From: Macrostomum lignano
Lineage: Eukaryota
Direction of reading: 5' to 3'
Assembly: GCA_002269645.1 (NCBI GenBank)
Contig: NIVC01002711.1
Location: 1-64,000 of the forward strand
Length of the DNA: 64,000 bases
Below, piece after piece: positions 1 through 11,280 of this stretch. Both the position numbers and the translations under genes were made by a program. The notes under the pieces were generated by a model. The model was given only the letters and a program-made list of their open reading frames with translations, was not told where the DNA came from and made no database searches. Position 1 is the stretch's first letter. Each line of letters opens with the position of its first letter.

Positions 1-234
1 TGAATCAGAGGGTGCATAGTTAGTACCTAGTAGTAATGCAAAGACAAAAGTTACTCTTTAGACTTAAGTTTTACCTAAAGAAAAGCTAAATAGACAGGGG
101 CTTGATCAATACTCCTCCACACGGTTTTATAAAAGCTCATTTATTTAACAAATAGCCCAGCACAGATTAATTGCAAACACTATATAATATATACGATCAA
201 AAACCCCGTTAGAACTATTGGTGTAACTAAAAGT

Positions 235-1756
235 TCAGGTGTATTTGACCACGCCAACAAGAGCTGGACGAAGGGTTCTCTCGTGCAGACGTAGCCAACC
301 TTTGTAACTACGGCAACAGTGCCTGGTTGGCAATTCTCGGCAACGGGCACTTCGAATAGGGCCTCGTGCTGATTCGGGTCGAACTTCTCGCCAACGTCGG
401 GTTTTATTGGCTCAAGCTTGTGACGTCGGAACACCTGAAGTGGCCAGGAATGACACGATCTTATAACTAATCAAGGACACGATCTCATAACAAAAGGGCA
501 CGATCTCAAACTAAGGATACGATCTCATAACCAATCAAGGACACGATCTCAAAACCAACTAAGGGCACGATCTCGCAATCAACTAAGGACACAATCTCAC
601 AACCAACTAAGGACACAATCTCACAGCTAACCAAGGACACAATCTCACAACCAACCAAGGACACAATCTCACAACTAACCAAGGACACGATCTCAAAACC
701 AACTAAGGGCACGATCTCGCAATCAACTAAGGACACGATCTCAAAACCAACTATAAGGACACAATCTCACAACCAACTAAGGACACAATCTCACAGCTAA
801 CCAAGGACACAATCTCACAACCAACCAAGGACACAATCTCACAGCTAACCAAGGACACAATCTCACAACCAACCAAGGACACAATCTCACAGCTAACCAA
901 GGACACAATCTCACAACCAACCAAACACAATCTCACAACCAACAAGGACACAATCTCACAACCAACCAAGGACACGATCACAATTGATTAAGGACACAAG
1001 AACAAAGTACTCCACAAAGTCAGCCAGTTATCACCTGTTTGAGCTGGGCCTCAGTCATGCGCAGACCCTCCACCAGAGTGGGATCTGCCTCAGGTGGCGC
1101 GGTCTCGTTCGCCTTAGCCAGAACGTCGGCAACGTCGAGGAGATCCTTGCAGAATGCGGAGATACCAAATATCCGAGCCTCTTCGGCTTGTCTAGTCAAT
1201 CGACGCCTGGTGTTCTCACTTTCGGCTAGAGCGCGAACGTACTTGTCCTGTTCAAAGTTAGATACGATTACGAAACAAACTATTTTTAAAAATGTTCTAA
1301 TACTACTACTCTGCAGAAGTAGAATACACTGCAACAGTGTTTAATATGGCCCTGAAAGGTATTGAAGCAAGAATATTTACACAGACACACGCCCGCACAG
1401 GGACGCACACTCGCACGGCGGCCCTGACTCTCATGAATTTTAATTCAATTCAATAAAAACAATTAAATAAGCTTCACCTGCAGCTGATCCATAGCTGTTT
1501 GTAATTCCGAGCAACGTTTAGCCAGAGCCGCAACCTCCTGCTGCTGCTGCTCCAGCTTCTGGGCGTCATCAGCCTCGCCACCGACTCCAGGAGCGCCAGC
1601 GTCGGCCTCCGAAGAAGTAGACGACATCAATCGATGACTACAAAGTTGAGAGCTTCTAGAAATGCCAGTCAAATTGCTGATAGCAGACAACTGCTGCTGC
1701 CGTTGAACGGCGAGTCCAGAGAGAAATCGGACGGATCGATAGAGACGCTGATACAT
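235..1756 (-). CDS. GRPEL1: Mitochondrial GrpE nucleotide-exchange factor (GRPEL-like), 3 exons: 1756-1478, 1247-1035, 434-235; apparent 1-nt deletion at ~290
   Basis: N-terminus is R/S/L-rich like a mitochondrial presequence (MYQRLYRSVRF...). GrpE motifs: DKYVRALAESENTRRR, FCKDLLDVADVL, GLRMTEAQLKQVF, GEKFDPNQHEALFEV, PGTVAVVTKVGY. After a one-base shift the reading continues LHERTLRPALVGVVK. Donors CAG|GTGAAG (1478) and CAG|GTGATA (1035); acceptors CAG|GAC (1247) and CAG|GTG (434); both introns phase 0. AATAAA at 145-140. Confidence 0.93.
452..1000. repeat. 24-bp minisatellite (AAGGACACAATCTCACAACCAACC) filling GrpE intron 2
   Basis: About 22 degenerate tandem units; source of the spurious CEIVSLV ORFs. 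Confidence 0.95.
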
Positions 1757-1881
1757 TATTAGGCTGGAACAATGGCATGCATGTGTTTGCAAAGCAGTAT
1801 AAATAAGATAATAAATATCTAAACATTTACAAGACTGTTGCGTCCAACAACAACCAGCGCTGGCGGCAAATTACACACAAA

Positions 1882-1972
1882 GCACGCACTCACACACACG
1901 CTCACACAGTGTGTGCAACGACCCTGACTTTCTAATTGTCAGGGATGGACACTCTTTGTGCCCTAAGGGTCA
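1882..1972. repeat. Dispersed repeat fragment, also present at ~20811-20902
   Basis: The block CACACACGCTCACACAG...TGACTTTCTAAT..TC.GG..ATG.ACACTC occurs at both loci with about 70% identity by eye. Confidence 0.55.
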
Positions 1973-2370
1973 GACTCACACATTATTAATGCCTATCCTT
2001 AACTAATTCCTATAGCTTAACCTAACATGTGGCAAACGAAAAATAAAAAAGCTAAACAGAATACGTTTAACTGACCAACAGATCATTCGATAAAAAGCAA
2101 CATTATAGAAAAATGCAAGTTTCACAATGTACTTATAGATTAGTTATCAATTTTAAAATGCAACTATGCCCATGTAAAATATTATAATAGGAAAGTTAAA
2201 ACAAAACCGTTATGAGATGATTTGATTTTTTAACGATTTATATAGAACATAATTGACTTTTTAAAGTACAGCAATGGAGAAACAAATTTACAGAGATTGC
2301 AACGGTAACGCTGAAGTTAAAGTCATTTATCATCATGCATTAATTTAGGTAAGAGTTCTTATTAATTAAA

Positions 2371-2823
2371 CTACTTAGCATTGTCATTCTCAGTAGTATC
2401 ATCATTAGCAGTGGTAGCATTCACACTGTCTTTATCAATGGGATCGTGAATCAGGCGGCTAAGCTTCATCCAGCTGGTAATAGCCTGGGACAATTTGTCC
2501 GTGTGATGGTGCCTGCTGCCCAGACTGCACACAGACATGCTAGAAAAAGTCTCTTCAACGCGAACTTGTCGACCATCGCTTTTGTTGTCGTCAATAACGA
2601 CCTCGGCATCGCTGGGTCTGGGCAGCAGGGTGACCAGATGACCCACGCATCCGTGGGGTAATTCTCGAATAGTCTTACCGCTGATCGGCCGGCCTCTAAA
2701 GGAACAATTAAACAGTGCAGGATCTTGATCGCTGATGCGCAGTGTTGACATTAGATACTCTTCGCGACGCGTGTCGCCGTGATCCGAGGTCACTTGAAAC
2801 GGCATGTAGGCAACTCGCTCCAT
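2371..2823 (-). CDS. RNASEH2C: Ribonuclease H2 subunit C
   Basis: MERVAYMPFQV matches the family (H/Y)(L/M)P motif, FNCSFRGRPISG the SFRGR motif, LPHGCVGHLV the vP.G..G.v motif, and SQAITSWMKLSRLIH the C-terminal W..l...iH motif. ATG at 2823 is preceded by the acceptor TTTTCAG|CC. The upstream part of the listed 200-aa ORF is non-coding read-through. Confidence 0.88.
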   Translation of the reverse strand: MERVAYMPFQVTSDHGDTRREEYLMSTLRISDQDPALFNCSFRGRPISGKTIRELPHGCVGHLVTLLPRPSDAEVVIDDNKSDGRQVRVEETFSSMSVCSLGSRHHHTDKLSQAITSWMKLSRLIHDPIDKDSVNATTANDDTTENDNAK

Positions 2824-2929
2824 GGCTGAAAATTTGATAGAAAAAATAAATAGTGTCATTTGGCATTTGGCTCCGTCTTTGCAAACAACTGCAGAGAGGA
2901 GACATTGGGGAGAATGTGGCACTGTGTTG

Positions 2930-3992
2930 AAGGGGGGCATGAGGAGAAGGGGGCCATGAGGAGAAGGGGGCATTTAGGAGACGGGGCACTGTAAAAAAGG
3001 GGAACTGTGGAGAAGGCGGCTCTAGAGAAGGGGGCACTGTGAAGAGAGGGGCACTGTGAAGAGAGGGGCACTGTGAAGAGAGGGGCACTGTGAAGAGAGG
3101 GGCACTGTGAAGAAAGGGGAACTGTGAAGAGAGGGGCACTGTGAAGAGAGGGGCACTGTGAAGAGAGGGGCACTGTGAAGAAAGGGGAACTGTGAAGAGA
3201 GGGGCACTGTGAAGAGAGGGGAACTGTGAAGAGAGGGACAATGTGAAGAGAGGGGCACTGCGAAGAGAAGAGCACTAGAGAAGGAGGCACTGCGAAGAGA
3301 AGAGCACTAGAGAAGGAGGCACTGCGAAGAGAAGAGCATTGGGGAGACGGGGGCACTGTGAAGAGAAGAGCCCTGGAGAAGGGGGAACTGTGGAGACTGG
3401 GGGGCACTGGAGAAGGGGGAACTGTGGAGACTAGGGGGGGGCACTGGAGAAGGGGAACTGTGGAGACTGGGGGGGGCACTGGAGAAGGGGGAACTGTGGA
3501 GACTGGGGGGGGCACTGGAGAAGGGGAACTGTGGAGACGGGGGGGCACCGGAGAAGGGGGAACTGTGGAGACTGGGGGGGGGCACTGGAGAAGGGGGAAC
3601 TGTGGAGACTGGGGGGGGCACCGGAGAAGGGGGAACTGTGGAGACTGGGGGGGGGCACTGAAGAAGGGGGAACTGTGGAGACTGGGGGGGGCACCGGAGA
3701 AGGGGGAACTGTGGAGACTGGGGGGGCACCGGAGAAGGGGGAACTGTGGAGACTGGGGGGGCACCGGAGAAGGGGGAACTGTGGAGACTGGGGGGCACCG
3801 GAGAAGGGGGAACTGTGGAGACTGGGGGGGGGCACTGGAGAAGGGGGAACTGTGGAGACTGGGGGCACTGAAGAAGGGGGAACTATGGAGACTGGGGGGG
3901 CACTGGAGAAGGGGGAACTGTGGAGACTGGGGGGCACTGGAGAAGGGGGAACTGTGGAGACTGGGGGGCACTGGAGAAGGGGGAACTGTGAT
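2930..3992. repeat. Compound G/purine-rich minisatellite (17-bp TGAAGAGAGGGGCACTG, then ~34-bp GGAGAAGGGGGAACTGTGGAGACTGGGGGGGCACT)
   Basis: Direct tandem units with variable G-run lengths; generates all the P/S-rich and G-rich ORFs between 2708 and 4079. Confidence 0.95.
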
Positions 3993-4519
3993 AAGGGGCA
4001 GTATTAAGTTATACCGAAACCCTAACCCCGAGCACTTCCAATATACTAGCTCGTAAAAAGTTAGTCTAAACTGCTTCAATTAAATAACTCCTGAGAATGT
4101 AACAAAAAACTTTTAGAAAACGCAAGAAAATTTCACCAACGACAGGTAGCAGGCATAAAGTATCACTCGCATCGTATGTCATATGTCGTAATTAGAATTG
4201 AATATATTAAAATAAAACAACTCTTAGATACGACAGTCGATAAGAACGATAAGAATCTTATTAGTCCCTGGTAATAAAGTTTTTTAAGTATAATTCAAAA
4301 AAGTTGTAAAGCACCAATCAGTTTACAAGTGGAGGGGGCATAAGTTAACTGGGCAATCGGATTAAGTTAAGACTTTTTCAGTTTTTTGCGAAGTGTGAAC
4401 CAAGATAAAAAAACGTATTTAGGATTTTATATTTGCGATTAGAAAATTAAATGGTTATATTCGTTATTAGAAAATCGTGTGATTAGAAAATTACGAGCCG
4501 TATCTTCGTGAATAAAAGA

Positions 4520-4637
4520 TAATACTTACTATTAGAAGATGATATTCGTGATTAAATAATTTTCGTGATTAGAACACAATATTCGTGATTAGAAGATGAT
4601 ATTCGTGATTATTGTAGAAGATGATATTCGTGATTAG
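4520..4637. repeat. Short degenerate tandem repeat (GATATTCGTGATTAGAA-like)
   Basis: Five or six copies of TTCGTGATTA with ~20-25-nt spacing. Confidence 0.7.
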
Positions 4638-5132
4638 AAAAGCAGCATATAGAAATTTAAAATAGGAGCCAAGTTAATTACATTTACAATAGCATGATCT
4701 CCGTTCCACGGCACAACGGCAGTTTTGAACGATTATGAGAAATTAGTACAGTGTGATGATGAATCATGCAAAGTACATTACAAAGAGTTGCACTTCGGTT
4801 TTGTTGGAAAAAGGAAATTGAATAACACTTTAATGGTTCTATTTTTGCCCGTTTTTTAATAAATTGAAATACTCGTAGTTTTACTCATGAAATTAAAATC
4901 GTAATTAGACTTGATACGTAGAAAATAATATATTAAAAACCCCGAAGAGTCGACAATTGTATGCTCTGAACTGACTTGGAGTTAATTTGGTTGTGAGCAG
5001 ATATAGGCAGAGAAATGCACAACTTTTAAGTGTTCTCATCAATGCGATTTACAAAACCCTTTTACGCTCGTAAAACAATTTTCATACGAAAATAGGCTTA
5101 CTAAAACGATTCAACATTGTTGATAAGCCAAG

Positions 5133-7199
5133 TCAAGTACTAAAAATATAATCATCAGGTATTTCACCGCTGCAAAGGCTTAATAAGTCCATGTCTCTGC
5201 TGATCGCAACGTAGCCAGGTATATAGCTATCCTTTGGAAAGTACGAGCTCAGCTCATGCGGGGTAGCGAACGTGCCGTCATATTTGAGCACGCTTTCTTG
5301 TTGAATCGGAGTGTAACAAAACTCAGGCACCGAAGTATTGTCAAAATGCTTCTTCGGCTTTGGCACTTCGTGCATTGTTTCACCGTTACGCCATATCGCC
5401 ACGGTAACGGTTGCCATGGTCTCTGAGAACCGTAAGAGAGCAAGCGAGTTCGGGTGGTGCGGATTCGATCTCAGGAGTTCATCGGCTTTGTCTCGCGTTA
5501 CAAATCCATACACGAGTCCGTTAGAGAACATCGCCTTGCACAGATATTTGCTATTTGAGACAAAATTCACGCAACAGAATGCGAATTCCCACAGTGACCG
5601 AGGCTTGATCTCACCACTGCTCACACTTCCAATGATAGGTTTTTTAATAAAATCTTTAAATACTACTCTATCGCCGGCTGATAACAATAGACGGCATTTT
5701 TCACGGAAGTACGCAATACTATCAGCATTGATTTGATGCTTAGTTTTTCGAAGGATGTAATTTTGGATTAGATAAACTACTTCATCAAGCGTCAATGGCT
5801 TGGGAGCTCCGGCAACTATTGGGTAGACTGGACGATCCGAAGCGTACCATTCAATAGCGGCCGTAGCCTCCGAGCGCTGGATGTCGTTCGTAATGAAAAC
5901 GATTGGCTTGGACAAGCACGAGACGACTGTTTGCTCCGGCAACAGTCCACCTGGGTTTGGTTGCGTCAAGAAAAATACGCAAAGTACAAAGGCCTGAGTA
6001 GGCTTTGATCCGCTGCTAGATGACTGCGGCCGATTTTCGAAGCGAAGCGACAGTTTGGCAGTATTTCCATCCCAGTCAATTGAGCTGGAACCCAGTAGAT
6101 TTTTAGTTAACTGCTCCGCATTGCACAAGGCCTCCATCGACAAGTCTTCAAAGTTATGCGCAGTCTTAGCAGACAATACAGCGATGCGCAAATCACCGTC
6201 GCGTTCAACGCCTAGTACGACTTGGAAGAACTTGGCAAAGAGTGGTCGCACGCGGAGCTTTAAGTATTTACCAGCAGTGCTAGACCCGACTCGGACCACT
6301 CGAGCATGTTCCTCAATCACTAGGGAGTTGTGTAGCAATTTCTTCATCGGGTCTGCAAGCTTTTTAAGCATACCACTTTGCTCAAACTGTGAGCAGGTCC
6401 GATAAACAAGCTCCAATGGAGCTTTCTTCTCCAGTTCTAACAGATTCTGATAATCCAAGCAATTGTTGATAGCAGAAACGCGATGAGACAAAGCAAGAAA
6501 TTCATTTACAAGAGTTGACACTCCATCAATCTGCTTTTGAGCTCGGTCTGGCGTGAGGCAAACAGTTTTCAAGTAACCCAACGTTTTTTCTAGCTGTGGG
6601 CCTCTGCCAACCATACAAGGCTCGCACAGCCGAGCAACCTTGCTAGCTACAAGACTTTTCGAATCGCTGGACAGAGCGGATGAGACATGCCTCTTCTTGG
6701 CTGATCGACTTTGCAATTCGTCGCGACTCGAATTTAACAGCTGAGATTCGAACTTGAAAACATTGTTAATCAGTTTTAAAAAATTCCATCTTCCATCCAA
6801 TTCTTGACTATAGTACTTAGAAAACTCCTTCGACAACCGATGATACCGATCTTCAACTTCGTAGAGCCTCACCTCGCTCTCCGCACCGTCTTGATTAATA
6901 CCGGACAGTATGGTACTTTCTTTGTCGAAGTACGCTTTCAATTCGGAATTAAACTTGTCAAAAAAATCGCCTATACGCCAGTCCTGCTGAAAGATGAAGG
7001 CGGCAGTGAAACTATCGCTAAAGTCTAGCTCATTGAGGCTGTTGAGAAATTCCGCAGTCAAGCATTTCTGAAGCACAAAACGAACTTCTCTAGTAAGGAA
7101 GCCATCCGACAGAGTGCAGTAGCCTTCGTTTAAAGCTTTAACAAAATCGTTGTCTCCAAATCTCTCCTGTAACTTTTGATAGTGCACTTTAAGCTCCAT
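5133..7199 (-). CDS. STAT: Divergent, intronless STAT-family transcription factor (688 aa)
   Basis: N-domain-like Y..SDGFLTREVRFVL. DNA-binding-domain strands RVRPLF / IAVLSAKTA / KLSLRFEN. CLSKPIVFITNDIQRSEATAAIEWY resembles STAT SLPVVVISN.SQ..NAWA.ILWY. SH2: SLWEF...NGLVYGFVTRDKADELL...ALLRFSET. Tail Tyr motif PGYVAI resembles STAT5 GYVK. Confidence 0.85.
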   Translation of the reverse strand: MELKVHYQKLQERFGDNDFVKALNEGYCTLSDGFLTREVRFVLQKCLTAEFLNSLNELDFSDSFTAAFIFQQDWRIGDFFDKFNSELKAYFDKESTILSGINQDGAESEVRLYEVEDRYHRLSKEFSKYYSQELDGRWNFLKLINNVFKFESQLLNSSRDELQSRSAKKRHVSSALSSDSKSLVASKVARLCEPCMVGRGPQLEKTLGYLKTVCLTPDRAQKQIDGVSTLVNEFLALSHRVSAINNCLDYQNLLELEKKAPLELVYRTCSQFEQSGMLKKLADPMKKLLHNSLVIEEHARVVRVGSSTAGKYLKLRVRPLFAKFFQVVLGVERDGDLRIAVLSAKTAHNFEDLSMEALCNAEQLTKNLLGSSSIDWDGNTAKLSLRFENRPQSSSSGSKPTQAFVLCVFFLTQPNPGGLLPEQTVVSCLSKPIVFITNDIQRSEATAAIEWYASDRPVYPIVAGAPKPLTLDEVVYLIQNYILRKTKHQINADSIAYFREKCRLLLSAGDRVVFKDFIKKPIIGSVSSGEIKPRSLWEFAFCCVNFVSNSKYLCKAMFSNGLVYGFVTRDKADELLRSNPHHPNSLALLRFSETMATVTVAIWRNGETMHEVPKPKKHFDNTSVPEFCYTPIQQESVLKYDGTFATPHELSSYFPKDSYIPGYVAISRDMDLLSLCSGEIPDDYIFST

Positions 7200-7768
7200 T
7201 TGAATGCATCGTCTGAAAGAATCGATTTGATAAATTTGTACAGTTAGTTACAAAACTATTTAATAATACAAGACAAACTCCAATAAACTAAAAAATGCAG
7301 TTTGCTACAACTAAAACGAGCTATTAGTAAAGTTGTGTAATGCCACTCTGGCCAGTGCAAGCTTGTACATTGTATTAGTAAGTACATGTTGCTACTCAAC
7401 TTATGTACGTAAGGCACGCAGCTCTTGTGCACGTTGCAATCAGATCGCTTCTAAACATACAAATATTGTCTCACCCTACTTGGAGGATGAACACCTTATT
7501 TCTTGAACGCCACAAACACTGCCTGACTCCTGAGTCATTACAAGTTGCACTATTATCTTTTTTACGCTATATCGCGGAAAATATTGATACAAAGAGTAAC
7601 TAAGAAAATCTTTCAAAAAGCAAACACAATCACCTTAACATTTATTTAATAACAAACAACGAAGAAAGTGTTTCAATCGTCTTAAAATGCGCTCCAATAA
7701 TTACATAAATACAACGGATTCAGTAGCTAACAGACAAAAATAAATCAATTCAGTCAATTACACTCAGT

Positions 7769-9377
7769 TCAACGTTTCCCTAACAAACGTTGCTGTCGAA
7801 ATTTCGACATTGGGCGTTGGCTATTGGATTCGGAAATTGATTGATGAGCATTAGCAGCAGTGGCAATATTGGCTTCAACTACTCGATCTTTAACTGCCGG
7901 CGCTTGACTCTGACTTAAGGCTTGTCGTTTCAGCCGCTCAGGAGCACCAATATCGGCTGGACTAGTGTACAGCGGCGCGACTGACGCTTCGCTGCAATCG
8001 CCAGGGGAGTCAGCATCATCACAGTCGGCAGCTTTAGTCTGACCAAGTCTTACTCCAATGTGTCTAAAATTGATTGTCCTCTGACGCATAGTTTCAGCAT
8101 TAGGTGGCTCGCTAGGCCGGTAAGTCAGACTATCATTCTCGTCTGGCTGGGCGAAACTAACCGACTTGCTTGACTTCAACTTACTAATCGGCTTGTCTGT
8201 TAATCCTTGCTCTTCTAGCGCTTCTTGAAGCTCAAGTTCGTCGAGACGGGCCCAAATCTTAGCATCATCAACTGCACCGGTTGCTTCGCAATCTTTCACT
8301 CGCTGTTCTCGCTCTTCAATTTTCTGTTGTCGAACTGCCTGACGATGCTTGATAGCCCAATCGGCTTCAGATTCATTTGTCCACTGTTCTCGAATATCGC
8401 CGCCAGCTTCTGTGGCGCCTAGATCTTCTAGTAGGCGACAGTTCTCCATCGCGCTAGATTGGCGAGCCTGCGTTTTGTGTTGTTAATTGTTTACGCTTGA
8501 GTTAACGTATCTGAGTTTTCACAGCATTCTAGTTAAGGGTCAGAATAGTATGCATGTATGGCGGGGTCCATGAGAATTGTCCGCCAAGATTTGTCATTTT
8601 GCCATGAGGTAGATTTTTTCTGCATTGCCCCCCCCCCCCAACGCTTAGTGTCTTAATAAAAGATTTACCCCATCAAAACGTTTCGATGGTAACTGCATAT
8701 TAAATGCTTGTATGTTATTTATTTATATTTACATACATGGGTTTATCTGTGAGCTACATCTGTCTTCTGGAAATTCTCGGGCTCCCTGTGCGGCATGATC
8801 AGTTTTCAGAATCACCCAGCCACTTTTAAATGGCACACATGTAATTTAAGGTGAAGTGAGAGTTAGGAGCTAGGGCTCGGCCAATCGGGACAAGTCAGGT
8901 GCAAGTGAGGTGCCATCGTTGCCCAATATCAGCCCAAATCTACCATTTTCAAGAGGAATGACTCAGTCAGATCAGATGACCACGAATTTAATATTAGCAG
9001 TAACTTGTGCTTGCTATTTTAAACCCTAAATTACAAAAGAAACAAAGAGATGAACGCACCAGAAACAAATTCCTGCTAGCTCTCAATCGATCGCATCTTA
9101 GTTGAACAATTTTCAATGCATTCACTGCAGAAGTCTCAGCATAATAGTCACAGCCAAGTCGAATAGTAACTTCGCAACAGTGCAGCACTGTGCCTTTAGC
9201 TAAGCAACCAGGCGACAATGTTAATAATTGTTCAGAGCGAAATCTGCTTGAAACTTCAGCAAGACGCTTCTCCAGTGCAGAATATTTCTCCAGCTGACTG
9301 TCTATTTCTACTAATTTAGCTTCAGCTTCAGCGGCAGCTGTGCGCTGTATCTCTAGCAGAGAATGTGCTTCAGTCAT
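7769..9377 (-). CDS. URI1: Unconventional prefoldin RPB5 interactor (URI1/Bud27-like), 2 exons: 9377-9060 and 8467-7769
   Basis: Alpha-prefoldin domain KYSALEKRL...GTVLHCCEVTIRLGCDYYAETSAVNALKIV; GDIRE; RPB5-binding IWARLDELELQE; C-terminal URI box RPMSKFRQQRL. Donor CTG|GTGCGT and acceptor CAG|GCT are both phase 0. AATAAA at 7647-7642. Confidence 0.9.
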
Positions 9378-9821
9378 TTTTATAGCGAGTGGCTTTTTAG
9401 TTTTTGAATCTCTGCAGGCATAACTGATATTGTCTGTAATATCTGATTGGTTTCTGGAAATACTCGTAGAATGATTAAAATACAATTACTATTGATTGTG
9501 ATCTTAGATCTGGTCAAATACAGAATAAGTCAATTAAGCAACAATCAATTTCTAAACACAATCTTTCTGAACATAGGCATATTGGACCAAAAATCTGTCT
9601 TCAGCATAAAAATAAACCATTGTGTAAATAGAATATTCATTTATAAGAATGTATAGTTTAGTTCCACAAGCATTATTATGGTGTTTGCACAGTTTTTATT
9701 GTCTAGTGGGTTAGGGTTTATCATGAGCTATTAGGTTAGGTATTAGGTATTATATATTAGCATGTTTTAGAATCCAAAACAAAGCAAAGTTTTAACCTAA
9801 GATCAAGTTGAGTAAGAATAA

Positions 9822-9968
9822 CCACTGTTAATGAAAATCTTAACTTACATTAAGAGCAAAAGCATTAGCATTAAAACAAAGAATCTTAACTTGTTTACTC
9901 TTAATTTCATTTAAGTTGACTAAAAGTTACTGATAATCATTAATAAGCATTAATACATTAATCTTAAC
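9822..9968. repeat. AT-rich repeat arm, inverted copy of 12272-12418
   Basis: The reverse complement aligns with 12272-12418 (ATTAATGCTTATTAATGATTATCA...TTTAATGCTAATGCTTTTGC...AGATTTTCATTAA), about 75-80% identical by eye. Confidence 0.7.
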
Positions 9969-11124
9969 ATAGAAAGTATGGAAATTTTGCCCTTCTTTTC
10001 AAAGCAAACTTCATAATAGCAAACTACATTTAACATCTTTTTAGCCAAAACAGAGAGGTCATCCAAGCAATTTACAAGCTAAAAAGAAACAAATTAAAAG
10101 TAAATGTGTATAAAAATATTACTAAGAAAAGATAAAGTAAAATAACTAACTTATTTATTTGAAACTAGAAAGCTAATTAATTACTAATAAAATATGAACA
10201 GGAAATTTCATTCAATAGCACTAGCAAGTGCAGTAGAAAGTTACAAAATATTAGAAAAGAAAATGAATCAAAGTGATGCTTATGCGCAATGCTTATGTAT
10301 AATTTATGTTATAACCTATAAATGTAAATATATAATTTAAAAACATAAAAATGTAAATATAATGAAACATTTGAAAGACATTTACTGCTATTTATACTTA
10401 TTAACTACTTGACTTAACTCAATATTTAAGAATCAAAAGCTACAATAAAAATTTCTCAACTTCAGTTTAACTTTAAAAAAATGATATAAAAAATAAAGTT
10501 GCTTATAATATGCCTACTTTTTATAGTATATTCTTTTAAAACAAAAGTTTTACCTACACTAATTATGGTTAAAAATTGTTATTCTTTGCTTTATTTTTAT
10601 AACAATAAAAATAATATATAAAATAAGCCAGATTCCAAAAAGTAATGTAAAATAAAGTAAAGTAAAGAATGTAAAATAAAGGAATAACGTCTAAAAAGTC
10701 AATGATAAACTTTTTGCTACTTTAAAATTAACAATAAATAAAAATAGTATAACTTATTGCTAAAAACGTACACTTTTCATCATTCTTTCTATAGGTATAA
10801 TTTAAGTTTGTTTAAAATGAAGATATTTATAATATTTTAAAGACTTTTCATACAAAAGCCTTTCTTAGGAAACTCAACTGACAACTTGTGAAAACTAAAT
10901 GACTTTTTAGGAAGAATTTTTGGCTTACATTTTAGGGCTTTTTTGTTTTTTGGTGTACACTGGCCTACATTTACTTGATATAGGATTCTTGTTCCTATGT
11001 ATACTAGTACTACACAATCTGGACCCTGGGTGCCAAGCTATACTATGGATTGTAAAATTAATTATATTTATAAATAAGATTTATTACGCCTAAGCTTAAT
11101 ATTTATTAACCCTATCATGCTTGG

Positions 11125-11280
11125 GCGCAACCTGGGGATTCACCCGGCCATCTCTATTGGCAACACACACATGTAAATCGCTATTGGATGGAATAGTAGG
11201 CATGTGACTGCTCTCAGCCAATAGCGACTTACATGTGTGTGTTGCCAATAGAAACGGCCAGGTGAATCCCTAGGTTGCGC
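11125..11280. repeat. 63-bp near-perfect inverted repeat with 30-nt loop (MITE or hairpin)
   Basis: Arms 11125-11187 and 11218-11280 are reverse complements with 5 mismatches, all transitions. Confidence 0.9.

Noticed and set aside
4018-4030. Telomere-like CCCTAA
   Set aside because: Only 1-2 units, which is expected by chance.
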